Shown here: positions 53,998 to 64,000 of the stretch, in pieces
Layout: each line of letters starts with the position of its first letter
How positions within the stretch are numbered: position 1 is the stretch's first letter
DNA from: Octopus vulgaris
Lineage: Eukaryota
DNA length: 64,000 bases
Reading direction: 5' to 3'
Assembly: GCA_951406725.2 (NCBI GenBank)
Contig: OX597818.1
Coordinates: forward strand, 81,034,001 to 81,098,000
Program-made: the position numbers and the translations under genes
The notes under the pieces: model-generated
Seen by the model: the letters and a program-made list of their open reading frames with translations, nothing else
Databases searched by the model: none
What the model was told of the DNA's origin: nothing

Positions 53998-56900
53998 AGA
54001 TACGTGCACCCTTAACTTAGTCTTAAGGGAGATTCAGTGCGACACAGTGTGTGACAAGGCTGACCCTCGGATCAAGATCGAAAGGTCGTGAGTTCGATTC
54101 TTGGCGACGCATTGCGACCTTGCGCAAGACATTTTATTTCACGTTGCTCTAGTTCACTCCGCTGGCAAAAAAAAAAAAAAAAAATTGAGTTGTACCTACA
54201 ATTCAAAAGACAGACATATCACATTCTTTGTCATACCGAATCTCCCTGAGATAAATGTTAAGGGTTCTCATGTCTGTGAAGTGCTCAGCCACTTGCACGT
54301 TAACATCGCGAACATACTATTCCCTTTGATAGGCTCAAATGGAGCCCACGATGTAACCGGCAGAGTGCCAATTTGCAACGGTTTTTCCTAAAATATTCAG
54401 CCGAGCGCTCTGGCAAGAAAGCTCTTCTATTTCTTTCAAAGTTTGCCGTCACCATCATATTAAGTCAGCCATGGCTAATTGTTTAGGTGATATTTGCATA
54501 GGCTTTAATACCTCTCAAGGGGATACCTTTACTTTTATGGAATGCCATTACTTCGAGTTTCCAGACTGAGAAAATCTGAAAGTTACTATTCAAATTGCAG
54601 CCGGGTTTTTACTGCAAAATGAAAAGAACTCTCTGGTAAGTAGCTTGCTTACGAACCACATGGTTCCGGGTTCAGTCCCACTGCGTTGCACCTTGGGCAA
54701 GTGTCTTCTACTATAGCCTCGGACTGACCAAAGCTTTGTGAGTGGATTTGGTAGATGGAAACTGAAAGAAGCTCGTCGTATATATGTATATATACATATA
54801 TATGTATGTGTGTGTGTGTGTATGTTTGTGTGTCTGTGTTTGTCCCCCCAACATCGCTTGACAACCGATGCTGGTGTGTTTACGTCCCCGTAACTTAGCG
54901 GTTCGGCAAAAGAGACAGATAGAATAAGTACTAGGCTTACAAAGAATAAGTCCTGGGGTCGATTTGCTCGACTAAAGGTAGCGTTCCAGCATGGCCACAG
55001 TCAAATGACTGACACAAGTAAAAGGGAGTCCTTAGTAAAATAGCACAAAAGCAACACATTCTAATAAAGGGTAAATCATTAACTATACGAAGATTCAATT
55101 ACTACCTGTCTAACTTTATTAATACCACACCAATAGGTGTGCAAAATATGGGATGTTTTCTGCCGCAACCTATAGGATCACGGCATGAGCCCACAAAACA
55201 CTCGTCAGTTGCATATTGCTACCGCTACTTTCAGCAGTGAAGTGAGCCACACAATTCCGTTTGTGTCTGTTTACAGGAAAAAGGATCGAATCATTCGACC
55301 ATGTTCACCGCTGCAGTGCTGCAACGCAGACAAAACACGAACTACCGACCTTAAAACTTGTCTCACTTACCCAGTCGAATCGGCCATTCGCAGTGTCTAT
55401 AGTTTAGGCCAAGCATGAGAAAACCTTTCTCGAAAAGCGGTTCGAATGCGACATGGCTCATTATCAAGTGGGCTGGGCTGCACAACTATAAAGAAATTAA
55501 AGTAAATTTTCGTTTGGTGTGCTATTCAGAAAGTCTTGCGGGTTGCAGTTTGCCTATGTCTGGTTTAGGTACATAGGAAAACTACCACTTGCAAAGAACC
55601 ATGCATTTGCTAATTCCTTCGGGTGCCTATGTAACTACAAACATATATAAACACCCTTTTTACTCTCCTATCCTTAACCCAGAGGAGCATTCAGGATGTG
55701 ACTTGAGTGAAAGAGATGGGAGAGGGCCGCAACCATCATTCAGCGGGTACTAGTTTTTGCTTTAGTAGAATGCAGCAATTTGAAATGAAGTGCTTTTCTC
55801 AAAGACACAGCACATTGCTCGGTCCGGAAATCGAGCCCACGACTTCATGATAGAGTGACCAACAGCTTAATCTCTGGGCCATGCACCGACACTGATAAAA
55901 TATACTTGTTGACTTCAACAGGAACGATGGTTGAATGGTTAAAGGGAAGTAATAAGTAATTCAAACTTACCTCCCTTGAATGTTATTGTAATATGTGAAA
56001 ATATTTACATTCATATAAATACATAAAAACACGTATGTATGTATACTTACATAAAAACGATAAACTTGGCCTTTTCAAGCCTAGCCAGGCTCATGGGCCC
56101 GGTTTCCGGGCTTCTGTGGCGTATGTGTTCCCCACCAGCTTGGACGGGACGCCAATCCATCGCAGCGTAGCTCAAGAAACAAAAGTGAGAGAAAGTTGTG
56201 GCGAAAGAGTACAACAGGGGTCGCCACCAACCCCTGCCGGAGCGTCGTGGAGCTTTCAGGTGTTTTCACTCGATAAACACACACAACGCTCGGTCTGGGA
56301 ATCGGAACCGCGATCCTCCGACCGCGAGTCCGCTGCCCTAACCACTGAGCCATTGCGCCTCCACATACTTACATACATAGATACGTAATATTTGCTTAAA
56401 TTCAAGTATTCACATACGTACACACCTATAAACGTTCATTCAAACATTTGCATACGCATAAATTAACGTACATAAATACACCCATACACATATATACATA
56501 TATACACAAGTATACGCATACATTAGGGTGGCGAGTTGGTAGAAATGTTAGCACGCCGGGCGAAATGCGTAGCTGTATTTCGTCTGCCGTTACGTTCTGA
56601 GTTCAAATTCCGCCGAGGTCGACTTTGCCTTTCATCCTTTCGGGGTCGATAAATTAGGTGCCAGTTACGCACTGGGGTCAATATAATCGACGTAATCCGT
56701 TTGTCTGTCCTTGTTTCTCCCCTCTATGTTTAGCCCCTTGTGGATAGTAAATAAAAAGGTATTTCGTCTGCCGTTACGTTCTGAGTTCAAATTCCGCCGA
56801 GGTCGACTTTGCCTTTCATCCTTTCAGGGTCGATAAATTAGGTACCAGTTACGCACTAGGGTCGATATAATCGACGTAATTCGTTTGTCTGTCCTTGTTT

Positions 56901-57377
56901 CTCCCCTCTATGTTTAGCCCCCTGTGGGCAATAAAGAACCCCAACTATTTCCTCCTCAGTCCTCACTATAATTTTTTTTGCAACTTACTGCTAGTTGAAA
57001 AAAACCCACCAAAACTCAACTTTATTTTTAATATTTTATCACAATTATTTAATACAAAAGAATCTATTGGTAACTCTTTTAAGTACCGAGTACAAAAAAA
57101 GTACATTATTGACTAAGGAAAAAAGAGAAGCACTTTAATGAGAACCTTGTGTCTGGCGACTACAGCACCAGACTCCCACCACATTTTTCTCAGGCCCCTT
57201 TGGTGGGGCATATGCTCTACGTTGAGAATCTCCGACATATATATATATATATATACGCACTAACACATATATACACTTGCAAGATTACATATGTACATGC
57301 ATACATACCTACGTACGTACAAACATTCACACATACATTCATACATACATACATACATACATACATACATACATACA

Positions 57378-57450
<73 letters not shown>

Positions 57451-57676
57451 GAAATATTAAAATTACTAAGTCTCTCTAAAGGAGATTACGACAGCGTTAC
57501 TGGAAATTAATAGTTATCGCCATACTAATATGGCAGTCTTATATTTATAAGACTAAAGCTGTCGCTGATTAGCTCCATGAGGCCATCGCCTTAAGCTAGC
57601 TATTTGACACACAAACTGCGTCCATTATAAACCTTCGAACAAGGAAGGTCAGCCACTTCATACTGCCAGTCAGACA

Positions 57677-57720
57677 GCTACAGACGACGTTTCAGGGTTG
57701 TTGCCCCTTATCAATGCAGC
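57677..57720 (-). ncRNA. Minimal type-I hammerhead, U3-A8 core variant
   Basis: Reverse complement is identical to the motif at 58222-58265. Confidence 0.72.
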
Positions 57721-58221
57721 GTAGTTAGATTTGCAGGTGTCGCTACCGATCGTCTCAGTTCGAAGGCTTTATTTACCTAGTTTCAGTGGAATACATCCAC
57801 TTGTTTTCAATAATAGAAATATTAAAATTACTAAGTCTCTCTAAAGGAGATTACGACAGCGTTACTGGAAATTAATAGTTATCGCCATACTAATATGGCA
57901 GTCTTATAAATATAAGACTAAAGCTGTCGCTCCCTTGTTCGAAGGTTTATAATGGACGCAGTTTGTGTGTCAAATAGCTAGCTTAAGGCGATGGCCTCAT
58001 GGAGCTAATCAGCGACAGCTTTAGTCTTATATTTATAAGACTGCCATATTAGTATGGCGATAACTATTAATTTCCAGTAACGCTGTCGTAATCTCCTTTA
58101 GAGAGACTTAGTAATTTTAATATTTCTATTATTGAAAACAAGTGGATGTATTCCACTGAAACTAGGTAAATAAAGCCTTCGAACTGGATAGATCGGTAGC
58201 GACACCTGCCAGTCTGACTAC

Positions 58222-58265
58222 GCTGCATTGATAAGGGGCAACAACCCTGAAACGTCGTCTGTAGC
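58222..58265 (+). ncRNA. Minimal type-I hammerhead, U3-A8 core variant
   Basis: GCTGCA-TTGATAA-GGGG-caacaa-CCCT-GAAAC-GTC-GTC-TGTAGC. Confidence 0.72.
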
Positions 58266-58434
58266 TGTCTGACTGGTAGGATGAAGCGGCTGACCTCCCT
58301 TGTTCGAAGGTTTATAATGGACGCAGTTTATGTGTCAAATAGCTAGCTTAAGGCGATGGCCTCATGGAGCTAACCAGCGACAGCTTTAGTCTTATATTTA
58401 TAAGACTGCCATATTAGTATGGCGATAACTATTA

Positions 58435-58553
<119 letters not shown>

Positions 58554-59136
58554 AGGCGCAATGGCCCAGTGGTTAGGGCAGCGGACTCGCGGTCGGAGGA
58601 TCGCGGTTTCGATTCCCAGATCGGGCGTTGTGAGTATTTATTGAGCGAAAACACCTAAAGCTCCACGAGGCTCCGGCAAGGGGTGGTGGCGAACCCTGCT
58701 GTACTCTTTCGCCACAACTTTCTCTCACTCTTTCTTCCGTTGGCCTGCTCGCTTAGCCAGCGGGTGGCGTCATTTGAAGGCTAAAACAATGCGAAGCGCA
58801 TTGTGACCAGCGATGTGTAGCAACATCTGATAGCCTGGTCGGTCACGGTGATATATATATATATACTCAATTTTTTTGGATTAATCGATATGCGGGAATT
58901 CTATTTCAGATAATACAAAAATAACCTAATGAATACATCTTACAGTAAACTCATGGTATTAGTTTGCACATCATGAAATAACGCTTAAAGGATATAACGT
59001 AAATTACCAGCTATATAATATACTTCATTAATTATATCATGTTTTTGTTAATACTCATATTTATTAAATATGAAGGAATCACACGTGTTTCAGTATTGGA
59101 AGATTACAATAAATATACATATACACAACTGCATAC

Positions 59137-59199
<63 letters not shown>

Positions 59200-59362
59200 A
59201 AATGAGAAAATGGAGAAACATACCTAAATCAATCATCAACCATCAGATAATACCCAATCAATACTTTATTAAACCATTACACAACAGCAATGACATTATA
59301 CATAATATATTACAAATATAACTAGACATAGAAATAGAAATAGAAAATACAATTACATCGTA

Positions 59363-59473
59363 GCTGACAGTTGTTTCGGCCGTGAAGACAGGTATGTCCC
59401 ATTTAACCTATTAGCCATATAAAGCAGGTATAAATGAGACATTAACAAGAATGTCTCACGGCCTCTTCAGAGA
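59363..59473 (-). ncRNA. Type-I hammerhead with intact core and long stem II
   Basis: Reverse complement: CT-CTGAAGA-GGCCGTGAGACA...TGTCTTCACGGCC-GAAAC-AACT-GTC-AG; stem I is short. Confidence 0.62.
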
Positions 59474-59773
59474 ATTTAATGTAAGTATGAAAAAAATTTA
59501 CATATAAATATAAAAATAAAAAATATAAAAATGTGTGCATAGACACTCATAATTCTACACACATATATATATACACATTAATACAATATAAACAATATAT
59601 ATCAGTATACATTAACAAACACAATTATTTTCCATATTGAACTCATAACCAACATCAAGGAAATACATGTACACTCACATTTAAATTTAAAGCAGACATA
59701 TATATTTAATATTTAACAGTCCAGTTCATTAAAATGTATAACCACACAAAAAGTCAATAAAATTAATATTAAT

Positions 59774-59811
<38 letters not shown>

Positions 59812-60225
59812 CCATGATTGTACCATGTAAAGCAAGCGGACATCCTCATATTTACTCAATAAGTCGAATTCATCTGTCCGCTTGATATTGATTTTCCTAG
59901 ATAGATTTGATTGGCTTATAGTTTTAAATTTGAATCATAATGGAAATTTTACGGTAATGGAAATTTTACGGTTAGTTAGCCAAGAAACATACATACGCAC
60001 ACGCACATCCACAGATCGTGCGCACATACATACATAGTTGCAATAATCAGATTTGCATTTATTCCTACATCTCTTCAGGTTCTATTTCAAAATATTATAT
60101 ATCTAATTTTACATCCCTTTAAAAATAAGAGATGCAACGTCATCTCCTGCATTTCCTGCCCTCTCTGTCCTTCTCTATACATCGCTATATATATATACAC
60201 ATGCTATATATGTATATATATGCTA

Positions 60226-60328
<103 letters not shown>

Positions 60329-60384
60329 ATGTGTGTGTGTGTGTATGTGTGTGTGTGTGTGTGTGTGTATGTGTGTGTGTATAA

Positions 60385-61880
60385 TGAGAATTTACCAAAA
60401 ATCAAAAGATGAAGACGGGTGTGTAAACAACAAACATATATTAGTTTAACGCTCGGGAAGTGAGAAAATCTTTTACATTTCGAGCCTACGACAGAAATAA
60501 ACAGGGAGAGAAAATATAAAAAAAGGGTTAGTGGCTACCGATTTATCAGTGCAAATGCCGGACAGAGGGGTCACACAGGAGAGCTAGGAAGAAGGGCAGA
60601 TAATAAAGTAGTGGTGATCCAAAAACGAAGGTGCGCGTCGGGGTCTATGTGAATGTGGAAGGGGGCTGGTGACCTTGACGTGTGCGTGTGTGTATGTGTA
60701 GGTGTGTGGATGATGGTGTGGGTGCTGGGAAATGGGCAGTGCTAGTGTGTGCGCTGGTGTGGGTGCTGGGAAATGGTCAGTGTTAGTGTGTGCAGGGTTG
60801 TGATGTGGTGTGGTATGGTGGTGTGTGGTGTAGTGGTGTGTGGTGTGGTGTGATGGTGTGGGGGTGTGTGATGTGGTGTGGTGTGGGGGTGTGGGGGAGG
60901 CGAGAATGGGTGAAGCAAGGGTGGGATGTATGGGATGGGGTGGGGTAGGACGTCTAGGGATGTTGTGGTTGGAATGTGTAGGGTAGAGTAACTTGTGTCA
61001 ATGAAAGGAGAGGGTGGAAGGAGGCGGGTAGGACTGAAGACAGGAAGTAGGTGTCAGAGCAAGAGAGGAGAGGTGGGTGGGAAGAAGTAGGTGTGAGAGA
61101 AAGAGAGGAGAGAGGGGGAGGGTTAGATGAAGAGGGGGAAAAGTTGATCCCATATAGCGCAAAGAAGCAAAGAGAGAAGATTAATCCTTGTTCACGGAGA
61201 TGACGGGAGTCCGAATGGCCCCTGTCAAGGACAATCCGAACACAGACAGGTGTTGTAAAGAGTGACCGGCAGAGCGGAAATGGCACGATCGCGAATGTTG
61301 TTGCCGAGTCTGGTGTCTCGGAAGTGTTCCACGAACTGGTCAACCAAGCGGCGTCCCGTCTGACCGATGTATAGAGGACAGAGAGAGGAGATGCAGGAGA
61401 TGACATTGCTAGAAGTGCAGGTGAAGGAGTCAGTGATATGATAGGATCGATGATGGGTGCCTGTGAGGAGGGTGGTGTTGGAGAGGTAAGGGCAAGTACG
61501 GCAGCGTGGGCGGGAGCAGGGGAACGAGCCGGGTTGGGAAGCAGTAGACCAAGAGGTCTCGTAGGTTGTGGGCTCGTTTGAAGGAGGGGAGGGGTCGTTA
61601 GGGAATATGCGCGAAGTGGAGGGGTCGAACTGGAGTCGCCGGAAGGCTCGGAGAATGGTGCGTTGGAGAGGTAGGGTGGTGGGGTTGTAGGTGAGTGGAA
61701 ACGAGATACGGGTGATGGCGGGGCGGGTGCAGGGAGAGAGAGCAGATGTACGGTCCACGGAACGTACTCTGACAAGGGCGGTGTGGATAGTGGTGATGGG
61801 ATATCCACGTAGGATGAAGTGGTGAGTGACCATGAGTTGAGACTGAGTCTCAATGTCATGGTCTTTACGCCACGACAACA
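60385..61880 (-). mobile_element. Penelope-like element 3' part with GIY-YIG endonuclease remnant and pLTR
   Basis: FILRGYP, PLTYNP, CSRPRCRTC, FTCTSSNVI..I...C..YIGQTGRRL..QFVEH; eroded HHR remnant near 60472-60495. Confidence 0.88.
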
Positions 61881-62355
61881 AATATATTAAGGGTGAATCA
61901 GCGAAACATGGGTGCGGTCCTGCGTTGCAGTTTCGGTTGTATGTATTTGCTCTAGAATTGTCAGGTATTAACCTCTAGTTTGCCTTTTGTCTGGGATCAA
62001 TCAATATTAGTTACTGTATTACACATACATAGTGAAATAGACGTACTTTAATAAATTGTACATACAAATACACTTTTCTCCTCGAGTTATGATTGAATTC
62101 CGTTCCGACCGACTAGTCGTAAAATTCCCATCTTCATTTTACGGAAGGACAATCTAGATAATATAATTATAAATTTCAAAAAGATGAAATAGCCACGGTT
62201 GTAATATCTTTAACGATAGAACTGATCTGTTACAGCTGATTTCAAACGAAACATTATCAACTTTATCACCCGACAGCAACATTCAAGGGATATAACTCGA
62301 GTAAATTAGTTTGAGTTACTCCCCTTATAAATCCATATTCCATCTTAACGTGCAC

Positions 62356-62444
<89 letters not shown>

Positions 62445-64000
62445 AATCTATCTATCTATCTTTCAATCTGTCTGCCTATCTGTCTGTCTGTCTGGCTATG
62501 TCATAGTATATCTTTAAATCTGTGATTGTATGTATCAGTCTGTACCGCATAATTAACTTTTAAAGCCCCTCTATTAAATACGTTAGCATGTTTCCTTGCC
62601 TCTGGTGACTGAGTGATTTATGCTCCAATTTACCATAAAAACCATCGCACACTACTGTTAATTCATTTAATGATTCTTGTGACAAGCATCATGAAGTTTT
62701 GCCTTGCTGAATGCATCTAATGCAGCCGTAAGATACTGTACTGGAAAATTTGAAACTAGAAATGTCTCGGATTTCTATAATATTCAGTTTTCTGGAGATA
62801 GGCTAAATATACATACTTAAAATATAAAATAAACTATGAAAAGTGTTAAATCGTATTTAACAGATTCAAATTACATTTCTGAAACAAGGTCTGTTCGATA
62901 TTTATTAATTCACTTAAAATCTTTTTAATATATTATATTGTACAATGTATACAATTATAGGATGAAGATTTAAACGAAGGGAAGTAAAAAACATGATTTT
63001 CTTTAACAGGCACAAACACAAATTAATGCAATTCTAAAGCAGAGAATGTTTAGTTTTTATCAATGCACTTACAAAAGGAAAGAACAAAACTATTTTTAAT
63101 ACATCGAATACAAATTAACCATCTTCAAAAACAGGGTCTGTTTATTCAATACAGTATTCCCAGATTTATGGAATCCGGATTAGCGGATTGGCAAAATGTG
63201 GCGTACTGAAAGGGATTATCTATACATTGTTCTGGGTGGAGAAGCACTTTGAGGAAACCTGAATGTATGAAGTAAGTCTTGCAATGAGAAAAAACTTGAC
63301 CGAAAGTGGTTGTACTGGGCTGGGATGACTCAATGTATTTGTGACTCTATACCATTGCAAGACTCATCTCCCTTGTCAGTGCCTACAACGCCACTCTGTC
63401 CTGGGTATGACGCGTTTTGGCCCTGACTCTTTGCCGTCGCTGATTCGATGTTGACTTATTTGACATCAAATATTTTGTTCCTGGGACCTTTTGACGTCGT
63501 GAAAACTTTGTTTTCCTCTAGTTGATTTGTAGTAGTTTGTAATCACAACTACTAAATTTGTAATTTGTTATCACAACTTTGTAATCCTAACTACTAAACT
63601 GCTCTACTACTGAACTTCATTTAGCACCCCGTTTCACTTTATGTATGTGGTGGCTAGTGAAAATGTATGTCGATTGGTTTCAATAAATAAATTGTAGTTT
63701 CTATCTTTCACCTCTTCTCTTTTTTCTGTCTATCAATCCGTATGTGCATTTTTTACGTGCGCGTTTTCCTCCTGTGCCCAAAGTCCTGTCGTTAAAACGG
63801 ATTCAGTGTCTAGTTAGCAGTGCGAACTCACCAGCGTCCCAACAGCTGCGCTAAATCGTCTTGTTCCAGCCTGTCCTCTATATTAGAGGCAAAAATTGAG
63901 TTCTATGACAATCTCACTACCATCATCAGGGACAACTCAAAAGAAAGAACGATTTATTTCTCCTCCTGAGTGACTTCAGTTCCTTCATGCAATTCTCGTC

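Larger units (their letters stand above)
57447..58432. mobile_element. Retrozyme/PLE-pLTR-like element: 365-bp unit, partial tandem and inverted
   Basis: gaaatattaa at 57451 and 57816 (period 365); orientation flips at 57931/57932; one HHR per arm; flanked by (TA)n and (TCTA)n. Confidence 0.8.

Noticed and set aside
63160-64000. CpG-richer unique sequence, possible promoter, first exon or LTR
   Set aside because: No ORF, repeat partner or diagnostic motif within the window.

Overview
AT-rich, repeat-dense eukaryotic genomic DNA. The tRNA-derived SINE repertoire and microsatellite load resemble octopus (cephalopod) genomes; this is an inference, not a database result. One host gene is reconstructed by hand on the + strand: an IRSp53/BAIAP2-family protein (I-BAR/IMD helices, SH3, Pro/His-rich tail). 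It has 13 GT-AG exons from 3756 to a stop at 48127 in one consistent frame (about 557 codons in this window; the 5' exons probably lie upstream). A candidate alternative last exon at 39636 would end the protein in a class-I PDZ-binding motif (TKL). The rest is decayed mobile DNA: a hAT (SPIN/GTF2IRD2-like) transposon with a nested RTE LINE, CR1-like and Penelope-like (PLE) fragments, piggyBac and Tc1/mariner derivatives, many SINEs and kilobase-scale (TA)n tracts. The most unusual signal is a set of type-I hammerhead ribozyme (HHR) motifs. A ~365-bp retrozyme-like unit with a compensatory U3-A8 core (UUGAUAA) forms a ~1-kb tandem-plus-inverted palindrome at 57447-58432, with a diverged relative at 175-585. 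An intact sense-strand HHR lies 104 nt upstream of the second SH3 exon. Most long ORFs in the supplied track are microsatellite artefacts. No prokaryotic features or CRISPR arrays are supported.
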